Source: Felis catus (Eukaryota). Taken from it: 64,000 nucleotides of DNA. A model generated the notes under the pieces. It did not search any database and had not been told where the DNA came from. It saw only the letters and a list, made by a program, of their open reading frames with translations. The translations under genes and the position numbers were made by a program. The stretch lies in the NCBI RefSeq assembly GCF_018350175.1, contig NC_058369.1, positions 7,256,001 to 7,320,000 on the forward strand. The letters are read 5' to 3'. Below are positions 49,283-63,975 of the stretch, one piece after another. Position 1 is the first letter of the stretch. Every line of letters starts with the position of its first letter.

Positions 49283-52200
49283 TACATATATACATCATAT
49301 ACATAAAATGAGGGAAGGGGGAGTAAAAATTTACTGCTTTTAGAATGTGTTTGGACTTAACTGATCATCAATATAGACCACTATATATGTAGGACGCTAT
49401 ATATTAATCTCATGGTAATCACAAGGAAAAACTTATAGATACACAAAAAATAAGAAGGAATCCAAACATAACACTAAGTAGAAAGAAATCACAAGGGAAG
49501 AGAGTAAAAGAACTACAAAAACAATCAGAAAACAACAAAATGGGAGGAAGCACATAGCTACCAATAATTACTTTAAATGCAAATGATCTAAGGGCTCCAA
49601 TCAGAAGACATAGTGTGACTGAACGGAATGGAATGGAATGAATGAATGAATAAGACCCATCTGTATATTGCATATAAGAGGCTTCAGACCTAGACATACA
49701 TTCAGACTGAAAATGAAGTGGAAAAATATGTTCCAGAGGCTCCTGGCTGGCTCAGTTAGTGGCGTGTGTGATTCTGGATCTTGGGGTCATGCCTTTGAGC
49801 CCCATGTTGCACATAGAACTTACTTTGAAAAAAAAAAAAATATGTTCCATGCAAATGTTCAGTAGAGAAACATGCTGGGGTAGCATTGCAAAATAGACTT
49901 TAAAACAAGCACTATAATGAGACAAAGGAGGACATTACATAATGGCAAAGATACCAATTCAGCAAGAGGATATAACAGTTGTAAATATCTATGCACCTGG
50001 CATAGGAGCACCTAAATATATAAATATTAACAGACGTAAACAAAGAAATTGACAGTAATATGACAGCAGTAGGGGACTTTGCCACCTCACATATCAATGG
50101 ATAGATCATCCAGACAAAATTATTAAGGAAATGGTGGCTTTGAATAATACATTAGGCCAGATGTATACAGAATAGTCCATCCAAAAACAGACTATACATT
50201 CTTTTCAAGTGCACATGGAACATTCTCCAAGATACATCACCTGTTAGGCCACAAAACAAGTCTCAGTAAGTTTCAGAAGATTGGAATCCTATCAAACATC
50301 TTTTCTGACCACAATGGTATAAAATTAGTAAGTAATTACAAGAAAGCAACTGTACAGAAACACAAACGTGGTGGCTGACAATGCTACTAAGCAAGCATTG
50401 GGTCAATTAAATGAAAGAAGAAAATTTTAAAGTACCCAAAGAAAATAAAAATGGAAACAATGCTTCAAAATCTTTGGGACATAGTAAGAGTAGTGCTAAG
50501 AGGGAAGTTTATAATGATACAGACCTACCTCAAGAAATGAAAATTTCAAATAAATGTAATCACATATCTAAAGCAATTAGGAAAAGAAGAACGCAAAGCC
50601 CAGAGCTGGTAGAAGGAAGGGAGTAATAAGGACCAGAGCAGAAACAAATGAACAGGGACTAAAAAAATAGAAAATATCAATACAACCAAGAGCTGGTTCT
50701 TTGAAAAATTAAAAATGAAGAACCTTTAGCCAGACTCATCAAGAAAAAGGACTTAAAATCAGAAATTGAATGCGAGAAGTAACAACTGGCCCCACAGAAA
50801 TACAAAAGATCATTAAGAGACTTACCGGAAATACTATATGCCAACAAATTTTATAACCTAGAAAACATGTATAGAATTCTGGAAACATATGTCTTCCAAG
50901 ACTGAGTCAGGAAGAAATGGCAATCTGAAGAGATTAACACTAACAGAATTGTATTGGTAACCAGAAAACTCCCAACAAACAAAAATCCAGAACCAGAATG
51001 CTTTACAAGGGAATTCTACCAAACATTTGAAGAGGAGTTCAGGGCGCTTGGGTGACTCAGTCAGTTGGGCAACTGACTTGGTATCAGCTCAGGTCATGAT
51101 CTCACAGTTGTGACATCAAGCCCTATGTCAGCCTCTGCGCTGAGCGGGAGCCTGCATGGGATTCTCGCGTTCACATGCATATTCTCTAAATAAATAACCA
51201 TTAAAAAAAATTTTTTTAATGTTTCTCTCAAGAATGAATAAACAGAGTGCAAGCAGGGGAGGGGCAGAGAGAGAAGGAGACACAAAAACTGAAGCAGGTT
51301 CCATGCTCTGAGCTGTCAGCACAGAGCCCGACATGGGGCTTTGAACTCATGAACTGTGAAATCATGACCTGAGCTAATGTCGGATGCTTAACCGACTGAG
51401 CCACCCAGGCACCCCAATAAATAACCTTTTTTTTTTTAAATAAAGAAGAGTTAATACCTATCCTTCCAAAACTCTTCCAAAAAGTAAGGAAAAAAGAAAA
51501 GTTCCAAATTCATTCTAAAATGCCAGCATTAATGGGGCACCTGGGTGGCTCAGTTTAAGCGTCTGACTTCAGTTCAGGTCATGATCTCACAGTTTGTGAG
51601 TTCGAGCCCCACGTCAGGCTCTGTGCTGACAGCTCAGAGCCTGGAGCCTGCTTCAGATTCTGCGTCTCTCTTTCTCCCTGAACCTCCCCCACTTACATGC
51701 TGTCTCTGTCTCTCAAGAATAAACATTAAAAAAATAAATAAAAGGCCAGGATTGCTGCTGCTGATGATGGCAGCAGCCAGCATTACCTGGATACGAAAAC
51801 CAAAGACACTAACAAAACAAACCCGTGAACCATAGGCCATTATCCTTGATGAATATAGATGCAAAATCCTCATTATTAGCAAAGAGAATTAAATAATACA
51901 TTAAAAGTATAATTTGCCAAGGTCAAGTGTGATTAAAAATTCCAGGTATGCGGGGCGCCTGGGTGGCTCAGTCGGTTGGGCGGCCGACTTTGGCCCAGGT
52001 CATGATCTCGACCATAGCCACAGTATGGCAAGAGCCCAAATGTCCATCAACTGATGAATGGATAAAGATGTGAGATTGAGATAGATAGATAGATAGATAT
52101 CCCCACACACAAATATACACAATGAAATATTACCCAGCAATCAAAAATAATGAAATCTTGCCATTTGCAACAACATGGAACTAGCGTGTATTATGCTAAG

Positions 52201-53891
52201 CAAAATTAAAGAAATACAAATATATGACTTCACTCATATGTGGAATTTAAGATACAAAACAGATGAACATAAGGGAAGGGAAGGAAAAATATAAAAACGG
52301 GGAGGGGGACAAAACATAAGAGATTCTTAAATGCAGAGAACAAAGGGTTGCTGGAGGGGTTGGGGGTGTGTGTGGGGAAGGGATAAATGGGCAGGGGGCA
52401 TTAAGGAGGACACTTGTTGGGATGAGCACACTAGGTGTTACATGTAGAGGATGAATCGCTGAATTCTGCTCCTGAAATCATTATTGCACTATATGCTAAG
52501 TTTGATGTAAATTATAAATAAAATTTAAAAGATAAAAGCAATATGGTCATCTCAATAGATGCAAAAAGAAGTATCTGACAAAACTGAAAATTTGCTCATG
52601 TTAAAGACTCAAAGTGGGTTTAGAGAAAACATAATGTAATAAAGGCTATATATATGAAAAACCCACAGGTCACATATTAAATGGTGAAAAACAAAGTTCT
52701 GAGATCAGGAATAAGACAAGTATATCGTCCTCACTGTTTCATCAACATAGTACTACCTGGAAGTCCTATCCACAGCAATCCGACAGGAAACATAAATAAA
52801 AGGCATTCAAATTGTTAGAGAAGAGTAAAATTATTTACAGATGATATACTATATATAGGAAACTGTAAAGGTTCCACCCAAACCTATTAGAATAAATGAG
52901 TTCATTCAAGTTTCAGGGTACAAAATTAGTATACAGAAATATGTTTGCATTTATATGTGCTCATAATGAAGTAGCAGAAAAAGAAATGAAGTAAACCAAT
53001 TCCATTTACAATTGAGTCAAAAGTATAAAATACCAAAGGAGACATACGGATGGCCAAGGCACAAGATGCTCAACATCACTAATCATAAGGGAAATACAAA
53101 TCAAAACTACAATGAGATATTACCTCACACCTGTCAGAATGGCTAAAAACAATACAAGAAACAACAGATGTTGGCAAGGATGCAGAGAAAGGGGAACCCT
53201 CTTGTGTTGTTGGTGGGAATGCAAACTAGTGCAGCCACTCTGGAAAACAGCATGGAGAGTACTCAAAAAACTTAAAAATAGAACTACCCTACAATCCAGC
53301 AATTGGCATTACTAGGTATTTACTCAAAGAATAGAAAAATACTCAAAGGTATTCATGCACCTCAGTGTTTATAGCAGCATTATCTACAGTAGCTAAATTA
53401 GAGCAACAGCCCAAATGTACACCCACTGATGAATGAATAAAGAAGACATGGTGTAGGGGTACCTGGCTGGCTTAGTAGTACAGCATGTGATTCTTGGTCT
53501 CAGGATTGTGAGTTTGAGCCCCATGTTGGGTGTAGAGATTATGTTAAAATTTTTAAATTTTTTTTTTTTTTTGAGACAGACTGTGCAAGCAGAGGGGCAT
53601 TGAGAAGGAGGGAGGGAAAGAGAGAGAGACAGTCAGTCAGTGCGAGCAGAGGGGCAGTGAGGGGGGGAGAGAGAGAGAATCCCAAGCAGGTTCTACACTG
53701 TCAGCACAGAGCCCAATGCAGGGCTCGAACTCCCAAACTGTGAGATCATGACCTGAGCTGAAACCAAGAGTCAGATGCTTAACTGACTAAGCCACCCAGG
53801 CACCCCAGTTTTTTAAACTTAAAAAAAAAAAAAGATGTGATATATGTATATACAGTGGAATATTTCTCAGCCATTAAAAATGAAATCTGTT

Positions 53892-54100
53892 GGGGCGCCT
53901 GGGTGGCGCAGCCGGTTAAGTGTCCGACTTCAGCCAGGTCACGATCTCGCGGTCCGTGAGTTCGAGCCCCGCGTCAGGCTCTGGGCTGATGGCTCGGAGC
54001 CTGGAGCCTGTTTCCGATTCTGTGTCTCCCTCTCTCTCTGCCCCTCCCCCATTCATGCTCTGTCTCTCTCTGTCCCAAAAATAAATAAACGTTGAAAAAA
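53892..54100 (+). mobile_element. Young felid CAN-SINE, same subfamily as 7621 and 63753
   Basis: Near-identical CpG-rich body; TSD AAAAATGAAATCTG. Confidence 0.93.
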
Positions 54101-57100
54101 AAAATGAAATCTGCAAAATAAGAGAAAGAGATCATTTAGTACCATATGATTTAACTTGTGAGATTTGAGAAATAAAACAAGCAAAGGGAAAAAGAGAGGC
54201 AAATGAAGAAATAGACTCTTAACTATAGAGAACAAACTGATGGTTACCAGAGGAGGGGATGGGGTTGGAGGGATGGGTTTAAATAGGTAGTGGAGATTAG
54301 TATACTTGTGATGAGCACCAGGTGATATATGGAATTGTGGAATCACTATATTGAGCAATTGGAACTAATAAATCACTATGTTAACTGAAATTTTAATAAA
54401 AACTTGTTTTAAAAGTATAAAATACCTAGGAATAAGTTAAACCAAGAAGGATAAAGACCTATACTCTGAAAACTATAAGACATTGATGAAAGAAATTGTG
54501 AAGATAAAACAAAGAAATGGAAAGATCGACCATGCTCATGGCATGGAAGAATTCATATTGTTAAAATGTCCATACTACCCAGAGCAATCTACAGATTCAT
54601 TGTAATCCCTATGAAAATACCAACAGTATTTTTTCACAGAATTGGAACAAATAATACTAAAATTTGTATGGAACCACAAAGATCCCATGAAGATTGTCAA
54701 AGCAACCTTGAGAAAGAACAGAGCTGGAGTATCACAATCCCAGGCTATAAGCTATTCTACAAAGCTGTACTCATCAAAACAGTATGATACTGGCACAAAA
54801 CGAGAAACATAGATCAAAGGAACAAAACGTAGAGGCCAGAAACAAACCCACACTTCAGTGGTCAATTAATGTACAATAAAGATAACAAGAATATACAGAG
54901 AGGAAAATACAGTCTCTTCAAAATGGTGTTTGGAAAACTGTACAGCTACATGCAAACGAATGAAATAACCATGTTCTTACACCATACACAAACATAAACT
55001 CAAAATGGGTTAATGACCTAAATGTGAGACTTGAAACCATAAAACTCCTGAAAGAAAACAGAGGCAGTAATCTCTTGAACATAGGCCTTAGCAACGATTT
55101 TCTGGATATATCTCCCAGGCAAGAAAAACATTAAGTGAAAATGAATTATTGGGACTACATCTAACTAAAAATCTATCACACAGTAAAGGAAACCATCAAT
55201 AAAATGCAAGGACAATCTAGTGAATGGGAGAAGATACTTGCAAGTGACATTTCATACAGGGTTAATATTTAAAATGTATAAGGAACTCCTAAAACTCAAC
55301 AACAACAAAAAATCTAATTTAAAAATGGGCAGAATCCCTGAACAGGCATTTTTCTAAAGACTTACAGATGGCCACCAGACACAAAAAAAATGCTCAACAT
55401 CAGTAATCATCAGGGAAATGCAGACCAAAATCACAATGAGATATCACCTCACACCAGTCAGAATAGCTATAATCAAAAAGACTGAAATACTAAGTGGTGA
55501 CAAGGATGTGGCAAGAAAAGCGCCCTTGTGCACTGGTGGTAAGAATATAAATTGGTGAAACCATTGTGGAAAATTGTATGGTGGTTTCTCAAAAAATTCA
55601 ATAAAAATAGAACTAATATGATCCAGTAATTCCACTGCTGGGTATTTACTCAGGGAAAGTGATCAAAATTTTAAAATGTATCTGCACCACTATGTTCACC
55701 GAAGCATTATTTGTAGTAACCAAAGTATGGATGTAACCTTACTGTCCATCAGTAGATGAATGGAAAAAGATTTGGTATATGTGTTACACACACATACACA
55801 TAATGAAATATTACTTGGCCATAAAAAATGAAATCTTGTCATTCATGACAGCACAGATGGACCTAAAGGACATTGCTAAGTGGGATAAGTTAGAGAATGG
55901 CAAATATTAAGTGATTTCACTTACATGTGGAATCAGTGAACACAAAACAGAAAGTTTCATAAACACGCAATACGGATTGGTTGCTAGAACAGAGGATGTT
56001 GGGAGATGGGCACGATACATGGGGGGGATTGAGATTAAAATTTTTAGTTACAGGGCACCTGGCTGGCTCAGTAGAGCATCTGACTCTTGACCTCAGGGTC
56101 ATGAGTTCAAACCCCACACTGGGTGTGGAGCCTACTTTAAATTTATAGTTACAAATAAGTCAATGGGAATGAAAAATACAGAGAATATAGTCAATAATAT
56201 GGTCATAATTTGGGGGACAGATGGTAACTATAGTTATCTTTGGCATCGTATGCAGTACAGAATTGCTGAATTGCTATATTCTACCCCTAAAACTAATATA
56301 ACATGGTATGTCAACTGTGCTTCAATTAAATACACACACACAGACACACACAGACACAGTCTTAATTCTACTAGGACACTCTTACCACTTCATCATTCAC
56401 AGTTGTTTGCTGTAGGTTTCTCACTGTTTTTAATAGCCAGTATATTCCTGTATTTCATAGTTTGAGACTGTATGCCTATGAATTTAAATATTCTTCCTGT
56501 ATCATCTGAAATGGCCATATTTGTTCACTGATAAAATTCAGATACTTAAAACTGCACCTTGCTCATGGTAGGTACATAATAAATATTTGAATGAATTAAT
56601 ACAGGAGTTTACTTTCTAACAAATATGGTAATTTCACTTTTCTTCCAGCTTTATTAATATACGTAATAATGTGTAAGCTTAATGAGCACATGTTGATTTG
56701 ATAGACTTCTATGTTGCAAAATGATTACTTACAGTGTTAGTTAACACCCACATGACTTCACATAATTATTTCTTTTTTTGTTGTGAGACTATTGAAGAGT
56801 CTCTGTCAACAACTTTCAAGTGTGTAGTACAATAGTATTAATTGCAGTCACCATGCTGTAGAACCTATTCAGAACCTATTCAGAACTGGAATAGGTTTGA
56901 TCACATCTTACTTCTCAAAATCCACAGCACTAACCTCCTGGAAAAGCTATCCAAGAAAACGTGCATGTCCCGGATAGATCACACTGAGTTTAACAGATAT
57001 ACCACTGCAGTCTGACAAGTGGACCCCTAAATTGATCTCTGTCTTGCCCTGATCTTTAAACTGTCTTTGTAAATGTTCTATCTTGTTCCCACCACATAAG

Positions 57101-58184
57101 GCCTGGAGGTCACATCCAAGGTGTGTACCCTCTTAGGACCCATGAACCATAACTTCTCTCATAAGCAAGGCAGCACTGATAATATAATATTTAAGCCTAA
57201 ACTTCCATAAAAAACAATCTTTCAAGCATAGCCATTCTTCTGTTCACTGTTCTCATTACTTCTGGGTGCTTTCATTTTACAGGCTGGAGGCCCAAACCCT
57301 GGAGGTAGTTTATTGTTTCAACCAAAGAGCAAATGCTGAGACCCATATCCAAGTAGTTATCTGCTGGGAAAGGATACCCCAGGCCCACATCCCAAATGGC
57401 ATCACCCGTGCACAGAATCTCATTGCTGGCAGGGATACTGGCCTAAGATGACATCACTCCCTCTGAAGATCTCCTGAACAGAAATGACTTCACCCAGTTC
57501 ATGAGCTTCTGCACCAGCAATATCCATGGCTGACCCTCCTAATGCAGAAAGTAGACAAAGGACAATTTTGCTGATCTTCTTTTGATACTGTTTTGTTTCT
57601 GAGCTGCTTGCAGTCTGCTTAGCCCATTATCCAGTCATACCTGCATTCTGCCAAAACATACCTCCCCACTGCCATGCTTGTAGGGGAATCTGACAGAAAA
57701 CTGTGTCATTCCAAAAATAACTTTTTTCAGGAGATACCTCACTCCTATTAGTCTGCCTCTTAACCCTGTGGGAAGAAGACCACTCTCCAGCACCTTCTAC
57801 GGCAGCCCTCCATCTTTCCACCATGACCTCCTACCCTGCATCACCAACCACAAAATACTAATCTTTACGTCTATTTTATTATCATTAGCTCATGGCCTCC
57901 AACAGTGTAACTGCCAAGCTTGCCACCTTGAATATTGTCAAATGCACACTTTATAAGTCCACAAAGATATTGTTAGAGTCCACAAAATAATTTCATATCT
58001 TTACATAGTACCTACCAGATTTAGTAGAGACCTTGGTTATGGGCTAGCCTACGAGGACTTCTTATACTCCTGTAATGTTTTCCATGTATTCCATGGCAAC
58101 TTAAGCCATACTCTCTGATAATCACCACTACCATCACCCCAAAGTTTCCTTACTATCGAACCATCAGAAGATCAGTTGCCTTAA

Positions 58185-58680
58185 TCATGTTCTCTTTTGC
58201 TCTGTGTTTATGATGCTTTGACACTTTAGGGATCAATCTGTCCAGGAAGATACTGCTCCTTCAGGTCTGGCTAATCCCTAAAGATAGTAAACAACTTGAT
58301 CAAGAACATTTCTTTCTTGTGGAAACCAAGTCATCCAGTATCCAATATCCCCAACCTCCTTTAACTCTTACATGCAAAGCCAGTATTTCTCCTACCTAAG
58401 TCAACCCAGGGCCAGATACCAGAAAACTAGATACATTGCCTATGACCCAAAATCTGGTGGCATTAGTCAAACTAGCCAATTCTGTTCAGCCCTACCTTGC
58501 TCTTTCAGTGGAAACCCAATGAAGACTATGGCCTGTGTTTTCTCCTTTCTTCAGACCAATTCTGAACCCTCATGGGGAGTCATGCTGTCTACCCTTTGGG
58601 CTGTGGTAAACTTTTCCTTCAGTGTTTTTAATCTCTCTGTGTCTTTATTCAGTCACTTTCGGAAATTAAGATCAAGGCAC
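58185..58680 (+). mobile_element. LTR, MER21-like
   Basis: TGATGCTTTGACA...GGCTAATCCCTAAAGATAGTAAACAAC...CAAACTAGCCAAT resembles MER21-group LTRs. Confidence 0.5.
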
Positions 58681-59534
58681 CAATCTACCATTTCTTTGCT
58701 TTTTTCATAAGTTTTACTACCTATGTATAGATCCCAAAGCAAAGTACTTCGCCTCCTTAGTTGATTTTTGAACTATATATAAAAGCTTTTGTTACGGAGT
58801 CATTCCTTTGTTATTTTATTCACTCACTGTGTATTAGTGTTCAAACTTATTAGGTAATTACAATGTTTTTCCAAAGTGTGCAATATCTCTGTGGTTTAAT
58901 TTGCCTTTCCCTATTACTGATGGTATGAACATCTTGTCAAGTACTATGGCTATTTGTTTTCCTCCTTGTTGGAATACCAGTCATAGCTTTGGCTAATTTT
59001 TCTAATAGTTGTTCTTTTAAAATAATTTTGAAGTCTTTTGTTAATGTGGTACTCCTCATTCATGAATAACAAGATTACATTAGTTTCCACTTAATGTGTT
59101 TTCAGTTTTGATATAGTATCTTAAGAAGAATATCTTTTTTTCTTGTTAAGAGAGAGCACGAGCTAGGGAGTTGGGGAGAAGGAGAAGAGAGAGAATCTTA
59201 AGCAGGCTCCACACCCAATGAGGAGCCCTGTGTGTGCCTTGATCTCACGACCCTGAGCCGAAATCAAGAGTTGGATGTTTAATGGACTGAGCCACCCAGA
59301 CACCCCAAAGAAAGATTTCTTAATTTGGGCATAGCTAATTTTGTTTCCAAAATTTTCTTTTACTCTGTGGTCATAAATATGTTCACCTGTCCTGAATTCC
59401 CAAATTTTTTATACTTTTTGTTTCTCATTCTTGTGCTTAATCCATTTAGAACTGGCTTTTCTTTTTGTTACCAATATGTCTAATTTTGTCTCATCCACCA
59501 TGAACATAAAATTGTCACAAGACTGTGCATTGAA

Positions 59535-60410
59535 AATTTTGCCTTTCTCTGAGAACACAGAGAAAGGAGAACTCTTGTACACTGTTGGTGGAAATGCAAA
59601 CTGCCAGTCTGAAGAGCTGGTACAGCCACTATGGAGGGTCCTCAGAACGTTAAAAGTAGAACCACCCTGTGATCCAGTGATCACACTACTTGGTATTTAC
59701 CCAAAGAATACAAAAGTATTATTTCACATGCACCTCTGTTTATAGCAGCACTATCTATAATAGCCAAATTATGGAAACAGCCCAAGTGTACATTGATGAA
59801 TGGATAAAGAAGATGTGGCATCTGTAACAATGGAATGCTAGCCATAAAAAGGAATGAAATCTTGCCATTTGCAACAATATGGATGGAGCTGGAGAGTGTT
59901 ATGCTAAGCGAAATAAGTCAGCCAAATATCAGATTTCACTTATCTGTATAATTTAAGAAAACAAACAAGCAAGGGGAGAAAAAGGAGAGGCAAAGCAAGA
60001 CTCTTTTTTTTTTAGTGTTTATTTTTGAGAGGGACAGTGCAAGTGGAGGAGGGGCAGAGAGAGAGGGAGACAGAGAATCTGAAGCAGGCTCCAGGCACTG
60101 ATCTGTCAGCACATGCCCAATGTGGGGCTTGAACCCACAAATTGAGAGATCACGACTTGAGCTGAAGTCAGATGCTTAACTGACTGAGCCACCCAGGCAC
60201 CCCATAAACAGACTCTTAACTATAGAGAACAAACTGATGGTTACCAGAGGGGAAATGGAGGGGGGGGGGGGGAGATGGGTGAAACAGATGATGGGGATTA
60301 AGTAATGCACTTGTGATGAGCACCAGGTGATGTATGGAATTGTTGAATCACTATTTGTACACCTGAAACTACTATTACACTGTATATTAATTGGAATTTA
60401 AATGAAAACT
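59535..60410 (+). mobile_element. L1 3' end with SINE insertion
   Basis: ELLYTVGGNAN...VQPLWRVLRTLKVEPPCDPVITLLGIYPK plus carnivore L1 3'UTR. Confidence 0.85.
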
Positions 60411-62997
60411 TTATTTTTTAATGTTTATTTATTTGGAGGGAGAGAGCATGAGCAGGGAGGGGCAGAGAGAGCCGGGTAGAGGATCAAACCAGACTCTGCA
60501 CTGACAGCAGCGAGCCTAGTGTGGGGCTCAAAGTCATGAATTGTGAGACCATGACCTGAGTTGAAATTGGAGGTTCAACTGACTGAGCCACCCAGACTCC
60601 CCTTAAATTAAAAAATAATAAATATAGTGAGTTTAAAAAAAACATTTTTAAAAAAGTTTGCTTTTCTCTACTGATTTGGAGTGTAACATCAGCCATCGGG
60701 AGAAAAATCCATATAAATTTGGATCTGTTCTGAAGATTGTATTTTATTCCTTTGGTCAGTTGGGACTCATCTCTGCATGACTACCTCTTGCCTTCATTAT
60801 ACTAACTTTACTGTGTCTCTTAATGCTGGAGAATGCTATTTTTTGTGGCATTATTCCTTTTTTTTTCTTTTTTTTTTTTTTGCAGTTTTGGTTTTTACTT
60901 TTTTTAATATTAAATATAATTTATTGTCAAATTGGTTTCCGGAGTGCCATTATTCTTAAGGAATGCTGTCTTTCCTTGGTTCTTTGCTAGAATTTGGAAA
61001 TTACAGCAGAGTTAGAGAAAAAGTTGGTAGACTAGTACAAAGGACTCCAATATACCTACTCAGATTCACTAATTCTTAAAGTTTTGCTACTTCTTGCTCA
61101 TTCATTCTCGCTCTCCTATTTCTTCTCATACACGTGTATTTTCCTCCTGAAATGTTCAAGGGTAAGTTGCATTCACCATGCCTCTTTAACCCCGTAATAT
61201 TTTCAGTAGGTGTTTCTGAAGCACAAGAGTGTTATCTGATTTAGAGTCCATATTGCTTTTTCAGCTGTTTCATGTTCTTATGGTAAAATTTATCCTTCAG
61301 TTCAAAGCCATGTATTTATTTCAATGGCCATGGTACTTTAACCAACTTCAAATATTTTCCTTAACTTTGCCTTTTATGATATAGACAATTTTTAAGAACA
61401 CAGCGGTTTCCTTTGTTGAGTATCTTTCAACTGTTTCTTTTTTAAGCTTCATGTTTTATATAAAAAACATTCATGTTTTATATCTTTGGCTGGATATCAA
61501 AAAAGAGACATATATATCAAAGATAGCACCTAGACAGAAGCCAATGAAGTCATTTATTCCAACATTGTTAATGTTAGTTTTTATTACTTTGGTAAAATAC
61601 GGTAGGTGTCTGGTTTTTACTTGTACAAGTCTTATTTTCCCATTTATAATTAGTTGTGGGAGATCCATATATATTTTTATGTCAGTTTGTTAATTTCATC
61701 TAATGCTTAGTCTACTTTTGATGAGATGTTAGCTGAATCTCTGAATCTCTAAATCATTGTAAGGAGAATTTGAGTTTCTGGTATTGGACTTTACAAAAAC
61801 CATGGTGTTTCTTCCTATATATTTATGTCTTCTTCAATGGAGTTCAATATTTTACAATTCTTTTTTTTTTTTAAAGAAACAAAAGGAAAAAAAAGATAAA
61901 GCTAGCCCAATTTCTTACAATTTGTTCTTAACATTTAATAAACTTTTATATTCACCTTGCTATCATTAGATCTCCAGAATCTATTCATCCTACATAACTG
62001 AGATTTTGTGCCCTTGATCTACATTTCCTGTTACTTCCACCCCACCTAGCCTTTTGTAAGGATTATTTCACTTAGCAGAATGTCCTTCAGGTGTATCCAT
62101 GTGGTTACAAATAACAGGATTTCCTTCTTTTTATGGCTGAATAATATTCTACAATACATACATATCACATCTTATGTATTCATCTATAGATGGACATGAG
62201 TTTTTTCCATATCTTGTATATCGTGAGTAGTGTAATTGTCTTACTTTTAAATGTTACACCTTTTAATTTTTCTGATTGTGTATTTTATCCAGCTACCTTA
62301 GTAAACTTTAAAATTCTAATTTTTAGGTGTTGTTTTGGTTTGACACATAGGCAATCATATTATCTATAACTAATTACAGGGTTTTTTTTCCATACTAATT
62401 CTTACTTTATATATTTTTCCTGATACCAATAGAACAATACTTCCAGTACATTGATGACTAGAAAGTAGTAAAAACAGCATATTTGTGTTTTTCTTCATCC
62501 TAATGGGATATGCTTTCCATCTTTACCATTTATTTTGTAGGTTGTTGTAAAGGCTTTTAGTAACCCTATTACCCTACTTCTCATAGTTTGGGTAGGCTTT
62601 CTCCTGAATGCCTTCTGAACTTCTTAAATGCATTCCCTTTATTCCTCTAAGATATTTGTTCACTGAAATTATTCAAGTATGTAGAACTGTACCTGCATTA
62701 GGTGCCTATTATTTGAATGGATAAATGAATGAATGGAAGCATTTAAAAAAAAATTATGTTTATTTATTTTTGAGAGAGAGAGAGAGAGAGTGCCAGCAGG
62801 GGTGGGAGTCAGAGAGAGAGAGTGAGACACAGAATCTGAAGCAGGCTCCAGGCTCTGGGCTGTCAGCACAGAGCCCAATGTGGGGATTGAACCCATGAAC
62901 AGTGAGATCTCAACCTGAGCTGAAGCAGATGCCCAACCAACTGAACCACCCAGGCACCCCAAGAAAGCATTTTAAAAAATCAACAAGGTATACCTTA

Positions 62998-63750
62998 GTA
63001 GAAGATGGCAGCATAGCAGGAGGATGCTCAGCTCGTTTTGTCCTTCAAACACAACTAGGTAGCTACCAAATCATTCTGAATACCCCACATATCAACCTGA
63101 AGTCTGACAAATAAACTCCACAACTGAAGGGAGAGAAGAAGCCACATGGAAGAGGATAGAAGGGGGGAGACATGGTTTGGGGAAATGGATCACAGATGCT
63201 GTGATCACACAGAAGGGGGAGAGGGCAAGAGAGGAGGAGCACATAAGGGAACGCAAGGGAGAACATTTCCCCAGAGCCATTGGCTAGGAAAATGAGAGGG
63301 GCTGATTTTTGTGAGTTTCTGCAACTAGTGGAGCTTAAAGACTGGAGGCTTTTTTTTAATGTTTATTTGAGAGAGTGTGTGTGCAAACGGGGTAGGGGCA
63401 GAGAGAGAGAGGGAGAGAGAGAACCCCAAGCCCAAGCTGTTAGTGGGGCTCGATCTCATGAACCATGAGATCATGACCTGAGCCAAAATCAAGAGTCATG
63501 TGGATAGGTCTCTTAGGATAAAGAAAGCAAAAGCAAAAATAAACTAGTGGGACTACAATGAAATAAAAAGGTTTTGCACAGCAAAAGGAATGATAAACAA
63601 AATAAAAGGCAACCTAGGGAATGGGAGAAGATATTTGCAAATGATATATCTGATAAGGAGGTAACGTTGAAAAATATAAAAATATAAAAAGAGCTTATAC
63701 AGCTCAACACCAAAAAACTCCAAACAATCTGATTAAAAAATGAGTAGAGG
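62998..63750 (+). mobile_element. L1 5'UTR joined via a truncated SINE to late ORF2
   Basis: AAGATGGC (YY1-type) L1 5' start at ~63002; truncated minus-strand SINE ~63352-63498; then ORF2 AAAGCAAAAATAAACTAGTGGGACTAC...GAATGGGAGAAGATATTTGCAAATGA. Confidence 0.7.
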
Positions 63751-63752
63751 AT

Positions 63753-63975
63753 GGGGCGCCTGGGTGGCGCAGTCGGTTAAGCGTCCGACTTCAGCCAGGT
63801 CACGATCTCGCGGTCCGTGAGTTCGAGCCCCGTGTCGGGCTCTGGGCTGATGGCTCAGAGCTTGGAGCCTGTTTCCGATTCTGTGTCTCCCTCTCTCTCT
63901 GTCCCTCCCCCGTTCATGCTCTGTCTCTCTCTGTCCCAAAAATAAATAAACGTTGAAAAAAAAATTAAAAAAAAA
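63753..63975 (+). mobile_element. Young felid CAN-SINE
   Basis: Near-identical to 7621-7852; TSD AAAAAATGAGTAGAGG. Confidence 0.93.

Larger units (their letters stand above)
48300..56330 (+). mobile_element. Long degraded L1 (ORF1 3' half, ORF2, 3'UTR) with nested SINEs and nested L1 3' fragments (~52010-52530, ~53035-54410)
   Basis: Collinear L1 landmarks: ORF1 (CAGCTGATTTTCAGCAGAAACTACAGGCCAGAA), endonuclease (ATCTATGCACC, TTTTCTGACCACAATGG), RT (GAATTCTACCAAACATTT, TTTACAGATGATAT), C-terminus and 3'UTR to ~56330. Confidence 0.9.

Noticed and set aside
4595..63939. Recurrent short ORFs of the 'MAQSVE..TSAQVMIS..SLEPASDSVSPSLS' type suggesting a protein family, tRNA genes or a repeat array
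   Set aside because: They are translations of dispersed tRNA-derived CAN-SINEs; not genes, true tRNAs or CRISPR-like arrays.
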